A stretch of 47,591 nucleotides of DNA, taken from positions 1 to 47,591 of the forward strand of contig CAZEYR010000003.1 of the NCBI GenBank assembly GCA_964516735.1, given 5' to 3'. Origin of the DNA: an uncultured Gammaproteobacteria bacterium (GTDB lineage Bacteria; Patescibacteriota; Patescibacteriia; Magasanikbacterales; GWA2-37-8). How positions within the stretch are numbered: position 1 is the first letter of the stretch; the number at the start of each line of letters is the position of its first letter. The translations under genes and the position numbers were made by a program. Below the pieces are notes generated by a model. It was not told where the DNA came from. It did not search any database and was given only the letters and a program-made list of their open reading frames with translations. Positions 39,854 through 47,591 of this stretch are shown piece after piece.

Positions 39854-39862
39854 CTGTGGATA
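39854..39862 (-). promoter_or_regulatory. perfect DnaA box (TTATCCACA on the minus strand)
   Basis: TGTGGATAA on the plus strand, 2 nt upstream of the TTGACA -35 of the small-RNA promoter. Confidence 0.5.
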
Positions 39863-39904
39863 AAGTAGGGCAGTGGAAGTGGAAAGCTAGAAGGGATTTT
39901 ATTG

Positions 39905-39913
39905 CTGTGGATA
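39905..39913 (-). promoter_or_regulatory. perfect DnaA box (TTATCCACA on the minus strand)
   Basis: TGTGGATAA on the plus strand. Confidence 0.5.
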
Positions 39914-40005
39914 AAAAAGTAGAAGAAAAAGGTAAAAAAATACTTTTAGCTAATATTAGCCAAAAAAATAGTAACTCTTGACATTTTGGCTAAAACGGTT
40001 TTGTC

Positions 40006-40034
40006 TTGACAAATATCCTAAAGTTTAGTATTAT
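40006..40034 (+). promoter_or_regulatory. putative rpoBC promoter
   Basis: TTGACA (40006-40011), 17 nt, TATTAT (40029-40034). This implies a leader of about 230 nt. Confidence 0.5.
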
Positions 40035-40070
40035 TTAAATAACTTTTGAGGAGTTAATTCTTCGGAAAAA

Positions 40071-40092
40071 TTTTGGCTAAAATTAGCCAAAA
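40071..40092. repeat. perfect 22-bp palindrome TTTTGGCTAAAATTAGCCAAAA in the rpoB leader
   Basis: Read directly. The half-site TTAGCCAAAA / TTTTGGCTAA recurs at 39984-39993 and 5891-5900. Confidence 0.6.
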
Positions 40093-40268
40093 TAGAGCGT
40101 GGCTGAAATTACTTTTTCATGCTGCGCGCAAGGTAATAAAAATTCCATGCTAGCCTTGCTTTTTGCCTAAAATTAGAGAAAACTTTCCTAATCACCTGAA
40201 AGAAGGGGAATTTTTTTGTTCTGCTTTTAAATAAAATTAATAAATAAACTTGTTTTTAAACATTTACT

Positions 40269-43200
40269 ATGCCTAGCTTCAAGCCCCAGTCGCTTAAGTC
40301 CACAGACCGTAAGTTTTTAAGTCAAGCCAATAATATCATTCCGTTGCCGGATTTGATTGAGGTGCAGAAAAATTCCTATGATTGGTTTTTAAAATTTGGC
40401 GTCAAAGAGCTTTTTGACGAAATTTCTCCGATTACTGATTTTGCTCGTCGCAATTTAGAGCTTTATTTTGAAGATTATTACATTGATGAACCAAAATTTG
40501 ATGAAATGACTTGCCGTAGTCGTAACACTACTTTTGAAGCCCCGCTTCGTGTGACCGCTCGTTTGACCAACACTGCCACCAAATCCACCAAGACCCAAGA
40601 AATTTATTTGGGAGATGTGCCGTGCATGACTGATCGGGGGACTTTTATTGTCAATGGCATTGAACGTGTAGTGGTTTCTCAGTTGATTCGTTCGGCTGGT
40701 GTTTTCTTTACTGCAGAAAATGTTCGCGGCCGTCGTTATTATGGCGCTAAAATTATTCCAAATCGCGGAGCATGGATTGAAGTGGAAACTGATCAAAATA
40801 ATGTGCTTTGGATCAAGGTTGATAGGAAGCGCAAAGTGGCCGCTACTTCTCTATTACGCGCTTTTGGTATTGGTAGTAATGATGAATTGGTTGATTTATT
40901 TAAAGATGTTAACAATCATCCAACAATTGATTATGTAGATGCCACCATCAAAAAAGATGAGGCAGAAAGCACTGATGAAGGCTTGATTGAAGTTTACAAG
41001 AAAATTCGTCCGGGCGATTTGGCTACTGCTGATAATGCTAAAGGTTTAATCCACGCCATGTTTTTTAATTTTGATCGTTATGATTTAGGGCGCGTAGGTG
41101 TCTATAAATTTGATACTAAATTTGATTTAGGTTATATCTCTGAAGATTTTGACAAAAAAGAAAACCGTGTTTTGTCTCCAGAAAAATTGTTGTTGGTTTT
41201 GAAAGAAGTGATTCGCCTAAATGTTACTCAAGAAGAACCGGACGATATCGATCACTTGGGCAACCGTCGTATTCGCGCCATCGGTGAATTGGCTCAAAAT
41301 CGTTTCCGTGTCGGTTTGGCTCGCATGGAACGCATCATCAAAGATCGGATGAGCACCTATGAAGCTGAACAATTATCCCCGAACAAGTTGATTAACGCTC
41401 GTCCGGTAGTTTCTGCTATTCGTGAATTTTTCATGAGTTCTCAGTTGTCTCAATTTATGGATCAGACCAATCTATTGTCTGAGCTGGAGCATAAACGTCG
41501 TTTGTCAGCTTTGGGTCCGGGCGGCTTGGCTCGGGATCGTGCTGGTTTTGAGGTGCGCGATGTGCATTCTACCCATTATGGTCGCATCTGCCCAATTGCT
41601 ACTCCGGAAGGTCCGAATATCGGTTTGGTAAATCACTTGGCTAGTTATGCCCGTGTCAACGAGTTTGGGTTTATTGAAACCCCCTACAGAAAAGTTTTGA
41701 AAGAAGTGGTAAATAAACCAGAATTTACCGAAGGTGAAATTTTGTCGGAAGAGTTAGAAAATGTTGCCACCGGCACTTTGATCACTAAAGACATCGCCGC
41801 TAAATTAGCTAAAGCCAAAGTAGAAAAAATTAAAATTAAACCTCGTGTCACTAATGAAGTAGTTTATTTGAACGCTTTTAAAGAAGAAAAAGCAGTGACT
41901 GCTCCGGCTACTACTAAGTTTGATGATAAAGGTTATTTTGTAGAAGAAAATACCCCAGCTCGTGTGCATGGCGAACCGGGTGTTTCGCCGGCTTCTGAAA
42001 TTGATTATATTGATGTGGCTTCTAATCAGTGTATTTCTATCGCCACTTCTTGTATTCCTTTTTTGGAACATGATGACGCTACCCGTGCTTTGATGGGTAC
42101 CAACATGCAGAGACAGGCTGTGCCTTGTATCACTCCACAACCCCCATTGGTAGGTACTGGTTTGGAACAAGCTGCTGCTCGTTATTCTGGCCACATGGCG
42201 ATTGCCGCCGCTGACGGTGAAATTACCGAAGTGGATGGTGGTCATATTGTATTGACTTCTAAAAAAGGTGAAAAATTTTCTTATAATTTAAATAAATTTT
42301 TACGTTCCAACGCTTCTACCTGTATAAATCAACACCCTTGCGTTAGTGTTGGCGATAAGGTTAAAAAAGGCCAGCCTTTATCTGACGGCCCTTCTATTAA
42401 AGATGGTGAATTGGCTTTGGGTCAAAATGTTTTGGTTGCTTACATGGCGTGGGATGGTTTCAATTACGAAGATGCGGTAATTTTGTCGGAAAGAATCGTG
42501 CAGAAAGATCGTTATACCTCCGTACATATTGAAGATTACACCGTAGATGTACGTGAAACTAAACTTGGCCCGGAATTAGTCACTTCCGACATTCCAAACG
42601 TCAGTGAAGAAAAATTAAAGAATTTGGACAGTGAAGGTATTGTCCGTATTGGCGCTGAAGTAAAATCCGGTGATATTTTGGTTGGTAAAATTACTCCAAA
42701 GGGTGAAACTGAATTGTCTGCCGAAGAAAGATTGTTGCGCGCTATCTTTGGTGAAAAAGCTCGTGATGTTCGTGACTCCTCTCTATATTTGGAACACGGT
42801 GAACATGGCAAAGTAATTGGGGTAAAGATTTTTTCCGCTGAAGCCGGCGACAAATTACAGCCGGGTGTTATCAAACAGGTACAGATTACCGTGGCTGATA
42901 TGCGTAAAATTCAAGTGGGTGACAAAATGGCCGGTCGTCATGGTAACAAAGGTGTTATCTCCAGAGTAGTGCCAGCCGAAGACATGCCGTTTTTGCCAGA
43001 TGGTACTCCGATTGATATTATCTTGTCTCCATTGGGCGTAGTATCTCGTATGAACTTAGGCCAGTTATTGGAAACTCATTTAGGTTTGGCCGCCAATTCT
43101 TTAGGTATGAAGATCGCTACTCCGCCATTGGATGGTTTAAATGAAGAACAAATCAAAACAAAATTGGAAGAAGCGGGTTTTCCATTATCCGGCCAGATGC

Positions 43201-43703
43201 AATTGTATGATGGCCGCACCGGTGAACCATATGATCACAAAGTGACAGTGGGCTATAATTACATGCTCAAATTAAACCACATGGTTGAAGACAAGATCCA
43301 CCAGCGCTCTATTGGTCCATATAGTTTAATCACCCAACAGCCTCTTGGCGGTAAAGCCCAATTTGGCGGCCAGAGGTTTGGTGAAATGGAAGTTTGGGCT
43401 ATCGAGGCTTATGGCGCCGCTCACACTTTGCAAGAAATTTTGACTATCAAATCCGATGATGTGCCGGGTCGTTCCAAAGCTTATGAAGCGATCATCAAAG
43501 GCGAGGAAGTGAAAAGAGTAAATATTCCAGAGTCTTTCAATGTGTTGGTTCGTGAACTAAAAGGTTTGGGCTTGGAAGTAGAACTTCTGAAAAGATCCGA
43601 ATCCGGCGCGTATCGTCCAGCGGCAGAAGTAAAAGCTGAAGAAGAGAAACAAAGACAACAAGAAGAAAAGACTATTTCGGTTGATCAAACAGAAAATAAA
43701 TAA
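40269..43703 (+). CDS. rpoB: DNA-directed RNA polymerase subunit beta
   Basis: 1144 aa; conserved blocks include GTFIVNGIERVVVSQL, LSALGPGGL, NMQRQAVP, GRHGNKGV and EVWA.EAYGA. Confidence 0.97.
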   Translation: MPSFKPQSLKSTDRKFLSQANNIIPLPDLIEVQKNSYDWFLKFGVKELFDEISPITDFARRNLELYFEDYYIDEPKFDEMTCRSRNTTFEAPLRVTARLTNTATKSTKTQEIYLGDVPCMTDRGTFIVNGIERVVVSQLIRSAGVFFTAENVRGRRYYGAKIIPNRGAWIEVETDQNNVLWIKVDRKRKVAATSLLRAFGIGSNDELVDLFKDVNNHPTIDYVDATIKKDEAESTDEGLIEVYKKIRPGDLATADNAKGLIHAMFFNFDRYDLGRVGVYKFDTKFDLGYISEDFDKKENRVLSPEKLLLVLKEVIRLNVTQEEPDDIDHLGNRRIRAIGELAQNRFRVGLARMERIIKDRMSTYEAEQLSPNKLINARPVVSAIREFFMSSQLSQFMDQTNLLSELEHKRRLSALGPGGLARDRAGFEVRDVHSTHYGRICPIATPEGPNIGLVNHLASYARVNEFGFIETPYRKVLKEVVNKPEFTEGEILSEELENVATGTLITKDIAAKLAKAKVEKIKIKPRVTNEVVYLNAFKEEKAVTAPATTKFDDKGYFVEENTPARVHGEPGVSPASEIDYIDVASNQCISIATSCIPFLEHDDATRALMGTNMQRQAVPCITPQPPLVGTGLEQAAARYSGHMAIAAADGEITEVDGGHIVLTSKKGEKFSYNLNKFLRSNASTCINQHPCVSVGDKVKKGQPLSDGPSIKDGELALGQNVLVAYMAWDGFNYEDAVILSERIVQKDRYTSVHIEDYTVDVRETKLGPELVTSDIPNVSEEKLKNLDSEGIVRIGAEVKSGDILVGKITPKGETELSAEERLLRAIFGEKARDVRDSSLYLEHGEHGKVIGVKIFSAEAGDKLQPGVIKQVQITVADMRKIQVGDKMAGRHGNKGVISRVVPAEDMPFLPDGTPIDIILSPLGVVSRMNLGQLLETHLGLAANSLGMKIATPPLDGLNEEQIKTKLEEAGFPLSGQMQLYDGRTGEPYDHKVTVGYNYMLKLNHMVEDKIHQRSIGPYSLITQQPLGGKAQFGGQRFGEMEVWAIEAYGAAHTLQEILTIKSDDVPGRSKAYEAIIKGEEVKRVNIPESFNVLVRELKGLGLEVELLKRSESGAYRPAAEVKAEEEKQRQQEEKTISVDQTENK

Positions 43704-43740
43704 TTACTTCTAAATAATAACTTCTATAAAAACTTTTACT

Positions 43741-46700
43741 ATGCCTTACGAACACGTTCAATCTATGGACTTTGATGCCATTCGCTTGCGCTTGGCTTCT
43801 CCAGAAGTGATTCGCTCCTGGTCTCATGGCGAAGTTCATAAACCGGAAACTATTAATTATCGCACTCAAAAACCAGAAAAGGGCGGTTTGTTTGCCGAAG
43901 AAATTTTTGGTCCGACTAAAGACTGGGAATGCTATTGCGGAAAATATAAAAAAATTCGCTACAAAGGTATCGTTTGCGACAAGTGCGGAGTAGAGGTTAC
44001 TCATTCTTTGGTTCGTCGCGAACGCATGGGTCATATTGAATTATCTGCTCCGGTATCTCATATCTGGTTCTTGCGCTCGGTGCCTTCCAAAGTTGGTTTG
44101 GTGTTGGATTTGTCCGCCCAAGCTTTGGAAAAGGTAATTTATTTTGCTTCTTTTATTATCACTCATGTGGACGAAGAAGGAAAAAAACAAACTTCTGATT
44201 TATTGCGTCAAGAGTATAAGACCAAGAAAAAGCAGATTGAACGCGAATTGGAACAAGCTATTAAAAAAGCTAACGACCAAAAAGCCGGCGCTGAAGTGTT
44301 GAGCAGTTTACAACAAGAAACTGAAAGAAAACAAAAGGCTTTGGATGCGGATTTTCAACAGGCGGATAAAGAATTAAAAGAAATTCAAGTCATGAAGATT
44401 ATTTCTGAAAATAAATATCAGGAATTATCTTTGCGTTATGGTCATTTGTTTGAAGCCTCAATCGGCGCCGAAGCCGTACGCAATTTATTGGAAAGAGTAA
44501 ATTTTGAACAAACTATTGAAAAATTAACTGAAGAACAACAGAATGCCAAAGGCGCTAAATTAGAACGTATCATTCGTCGTCGCAAACTTTTGAAGAGCTT
44601 GGCCATGAATGATACTCGTCCAGAATGGATGATCTTAAAGTGTATTCCGGTCATCCCTCCAGATTTACGCCCAATGGTGGCTTTGGATGGCGGTCGTTTT
44701 GCTACTTCTGATTTGAATGATTTGTATCGCCGGGTAATCAATCGCAACAATCGTTTGCGTCGGTTGCTCGAGTTGAATGCTCCGGAAGTAATTTGTCGCA
44801 ACGAAAAACGTATGTTGCAAGAAGCAGTCGACGCTTTGGTAGACAACAATGCTCGTCATGCCAAGACTGTGACTGCCGCTACTGGCCAAAAAAGACAATT
44901 ACGCTCTTTGGCCGACATTTTAAAAGGTAAACAAGGTCGTTTCCGTCAAAATTTGCTCGGTAAACGTGTGGACTATTCTGGCCGTTCGGTAATCGTGGTT
45001 GGTCCAAACTTAAATATTGATGAATGTGGTTTGCCAAAACGCATGGCTTTGGAACTTTTTAAACCGTTTATCATGAGCGAGGTGATCAAACGCGAATTGG
45101 CTCACAATGTACGCTCCGCCAGTCGTTTTATTGAATCCGAACAAGATGAAGTTTGGGATATTTTAGAAGAACTAACCAAGCATACTCGTGTGTTATTAAA
45201 TCGCGCTCCGACTTTGCACCGTTTGGGTATTCAGGCTTTTCACCCACGTTTGGTAGAAGGTAATGCTATCAGATTACATCCGTTGGTTTGTACCGCTTTC
45301 AATGCGGACTTTGACGGTGACCAAATGGCTGTGCATCTACCTTTGACCGCTGAAGCTCGTGATGAAGCGGAAAATTTAATGGCTGCCGAAAAGAACTTGT
45401 TGAAGCCGGCTACCGGTCAGCCTATTATCACTCCGAAACAGGACGTCGTGTTGGGTTGTTATTATCTAACCCGGGTTAATGAAGGCGAAAATAAGAAAAC
45501 GATTAAAAATTTCTATTCAGAAAGAGATGCGATTTTGGCCTATAAGACTCGTTTGATTGACTTGCACGATGTGATCAAAGTGCATTTTAGAGATCTGGAA
45601 AAATTTGAAGAAGGCACCGATCCAATGATGGAAACTACGGTTGGCCGCATTTTGTTCAACAGCGTATTGCCTTCCAAATTGCCGTACTTTAATGAGGTAA
45701 TCAATGTAAAACGTTTATCTAAAATTATTTCCTTGTGTTTGGAATATTATGGTCAACAAGATACCGCTTTCTTTGTAGATGAATTGAAAAATTTGGGTTT
45801 TAAATATGCTACAAAATCTGGATATTCTTTGGGTATGGATGATTTTCCAAAGATTCCAGAAAAAGCCGCCTTACTTAAAGAGTGTGATAATATCGTTTTG
45901 GAGGTTGAAGATCAGTATCGTGAAGGTTTGCTCACTCAAGCTGAACGCAAGAGTAAGATATTGGAAATTTGGACCGAAGTAAAAGATAAAATTTTGGCCA
46001 ACAACCAAGCTATGGTGAATAAAAACGGTCCGGTTTGGGCGATGATTGATTCCGGCGCGAGAGGTACCATGGGCCAGTTGGGTCAGGTTATCGGTATGAA
46101 AGGTTTGGTGGCTTCTCCATCCGGCGATATTATTGAATTGCCAGTAAAGGGCAACTTTAAAGAAGGTTTTAACCCATTGGAATTTTTTATCTCTTCTCAC
46201 GGTACTAGAAAAGGTTTGTCTGATACCGCGCTACGTACTTCCAATGCCGGTTATTTGACTCGCCGTCTAGTGGACGTTGCTCAAGATCTAGTGATTTTAG
46301 AAGATGACTGTGGGGACAAGAACGGTGAATTATTTACCATTGAACAATCTAAAGAAATGGGTGAGAAATTATCCGATCGTGTTTGGGGCCGTTATGCGGT
46401 AGAAGATGTAGTAATTGATGGTAAAGTAGTTGTGCCAGCTAATGAGATTATCGATGATAAGGCCTGTCGCAAAATTGAAGATTCTAATTTGCCATCAGTG
46501 CGTGTGCGCAGTGTATTTCAATGTCGTTTACCAAAAGGTGTTTGTCGTAAATGTTATGGTTTTGACTTGTCTTACAACAAACCGGCTAAAGATGGAGCCG
46601 CGGTGGGTGTAATTGCCGCTCAATCTATCGGTGAACCGGGCACTCAGTTGACGTTGCGTACTTTCCACACTGGTGGTGTGGCCGGATCGGATATTACTCA

Positions 46701-47591
46701 AGGTTTGCCTCGTGTTGAAGAATTGTTTGAGGTTCGCGCTCCAAAACATCAGGCTTTTTTGGCCGATGTAGATGGAAAAGTAGAAGTTGAAGATGCTGAT
46801 GGTAAAATTATCACATCCGTTTCCGGTAAGAAGATCTTTGAAGGGCGCCGCGGTCAAAAAATCGTTCGTATCCACTTTGAAGGCATGGATGAATTGAAAA
46901 TTAAACTGAAAGCCGAAGACGAAGTAATGGTAAAAGACGGCGATATTGTGCCAGCCGATACCGTATTGGCGGTGCGCGGCTCTTCCGGTGAAGAAGTAAA
47001 AGCCAAATATCAAAGCAATGTCAAGCTCACCAAGACTAATATGATCTTGACTTATGAAGGTCCGCGTGTGCGTGAGTTTATCGTGCCGTTGGGCTATAAG
47101 TTATATGTTAAAAATGGCGATACCATAAAAAAGGGAGATCAGTTGACCGACGGCAGTATCAATCTGCAAGAATTGTTTGAATTACGCGGTCGGGAAGCCG
47201 TTCAGAGATATATCATCAGCGAAGTGCAACACATTTATTCTTCTCAAGGCCAGAAAGTAAACGACAAACACATGGAGTTGATTATCAAGCAGATGTTCAG
47301 CCGCGTGTATGTGGAAGATGCCGGCGATACCGATTTATTGCCGGGCGAAGTGGTGGAGAAGTCTCAAATGGAATTTGCCAATCGTTTGGCCAAAAAAGAC
47401 GGTGGAAAATTAGCTACCGGCCGTGAATTATTGCTCGGTATCAGTAAAGTTTCCTTGTCTACTCAGAGTTTCTTGTCCGCCGCTTCTTTCCAAGAAACCG
47501 CCAAGATTTTGATCAATACCGCCATCACCGGCAAGATTGACTATCTGGAAGGTTTGAAGGAAAATGTGATTATCGGTCGGTTGATTCCAGC
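43741..47591 (+). CDS. rpoC: DNA-directed RNA polymerase subunit beta' (3' end beyond the window)
   Basis: Absent from the ORF track because no stop is reached. Translation from ATG 43741 gives MPYEHVQSMDFDAIRLRLASPEVIRSWSHGEVHKPETINYRT...CYCGKYK...CDKCGVEV (zinc finger). The later NADFDGDQMAVH catalytic motif is encoded near 45300. Confidence 0.95.
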   Translation, partial: MPYEHVQSMDFDAIRLRLASPEVIRSWSHGEVHKPETINYRTQKPEKGGLFAEEIFGPTKDWECYCGKYKKIRYKGIVCDKCGVEVTHSLVRRERMGHIELSAPVSHIWFLRSVPSKVGLVLDLSAQALEKVIYFASFIITHVDEEGKKQTSDLLRQEYKTKKKQIERELEQAIKKANDQKAGAEVLSSLQQETERKQKALDADFQQADKELKEIQVMKIISENKYQELSLRYGHLFEASIGAEAVRNLLERVNFEQTIEKLTEEQQNAKGAKLERIIRRRKLLKSLAMNDTRPEWMILKCIPVIPPDLRPMVALDGGRFATSDLNDLYRRVINRNNRLRRLLELNAPEVICRNEKRMLQEAVDALVDNNARHAKTVTAATGQKRQLRSLADILKGKQGRFRQNLLGKRVDYSGRSVIVVGPNLNIDECGLPKRMALELFKPFIMSEVIKRELAHNVRSASRFIESEQDEVWDILEELTKHTRVLLNRAPTLHRLGIQAFHPRLVEGNAIRLHPLVCTAFNADFDGDQMAVHLPLTAEARDEAENLMAAEKNLLKPATGQPIITPKQDVVLGCYYLTRVNEGENKKTIKNFYSERDAILAYKTRLIDLHDVIKVHFRDLEKFEEGTDPMMETTVGRILFNSVLPSKLPYFNEVINVKRLSKIISLCLEYYGQQDTAFFVDELKNLGFKYATKSGYSLGMDDFPKIPEKAALLKECDNIVLEVEDQYREGLLTQAERKSKILEIWTEVKDKILANNQAMVNKNGPVWAMIDSGARGTMGQLGQVIGMKGLVASPSGDIIELPVKGNFKEGFNPLEFFISSHGTRKGLSDTALRTSNAGYLTRRLVDVAQDLVILEDDCGDKNGELFTIEQSKEMGEKLSDRVWGRYAVEDVVIDGKVVVPANEIIDDKACRKIEDSNLPSVRVRSVFQCRLPKGVCRKCYGFDLSYNKPAKDGAAVGVIAAQSIGEPGTQLTLRTFHTGGVAGSDITQGLPRVEELFEVRAPKHQAFLADVDGKVEVEDADGKIITSVSGKKIFEGRRGQKIVRIHFEGMDELKIKLKAEDEVMVKDGDIVPADTVLAVRGSSGEEVKAKYQSNVKLTKTNMILTYEGPRVREFIVPLGYKLYVKNGDTIKKGDQLTDGSINLQELFELRGREAVQRYIISEVQHIYSSQGQKVNDKHMELIIKQMFSRVYVEDAGDTDLLPGEVVEKSQMEFANRLAKKDGGKLATGRELLLGISKVSLSTQSFLSAASFQETAKILINTAITGKIDYLEGLKENVIIGRLIP

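Noticed and set aside
43672-47013. Minus-strand ORFs of 77-161 aa (43672..44034, 44442..44849, 44665..44898, 45871..46200, 46528..47013)
   Set aside because: They are antisense to the long open rpoC frame, which the track omits because it has no stop inside the window.
1-47591. CRISPR arrays, IS elements, integrases, prophage genes
   Set aside because: I saw no regularly spaced direct repeats and no transposase, integrase or phage-like ORF in any frame.

Overview
AT-rich bacterial chromosome segment with short intergenic gaps and almost no Shine-Dalgarno sequences. It runs from the replication-origin neighbourhood (rpmH-rnpA-yidD divergent from dnaA-oriC-dnaN), through cell-envelope and housekeeping genes (PBP1A, 3D-domain protein, cyclophilin, YifB/ComM, LspA, DksA/TraR-like), past recA and ftsK, to rpoB and a 3'-truncated rpoC. 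The gene content (a surface protein with lamin-tail domains, a nucleoside and SAH salvage array, no biosynthetic operons, SD-less and leaderless starts) suggests a small-genome CPR/Patescibacteria-like organism; this is inference only. I recognised six tRNAs by hand folding. Two promoter-plus-terminator-bounded structured RNAs are proposed: one of about 330 nt with partial RNase P RNA-like motifs and one of about 190 nt with a rod-like, 6S-like fold. No CRISPR array, transposase, integrase or reverse transcriptase was seen. The least ordinary region is 17.1-24.5 kb, bracketed by tRNA genes. It holds a sharply bounded high-GC block of about 430 bp carrying the only SD-led ORF in the window. It also holds an apparently leaderless operon of two small membrane proteins plus an 1835-aa orphan protein, whose N-terminal half carries at least 13 copies of a helical-repeat motif ending in TGIxPDF, reminiscent of PPR repeats. 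Other points of interest are a PRTase fused to a RibD-like deaminase inside a salvage gene array, perfect DnaA boxes at promoters far from oriC, and a perfect 22-bp palindrome in the rpoB leader. All functional calls rest on motif recognition by eye; no database search was possible.
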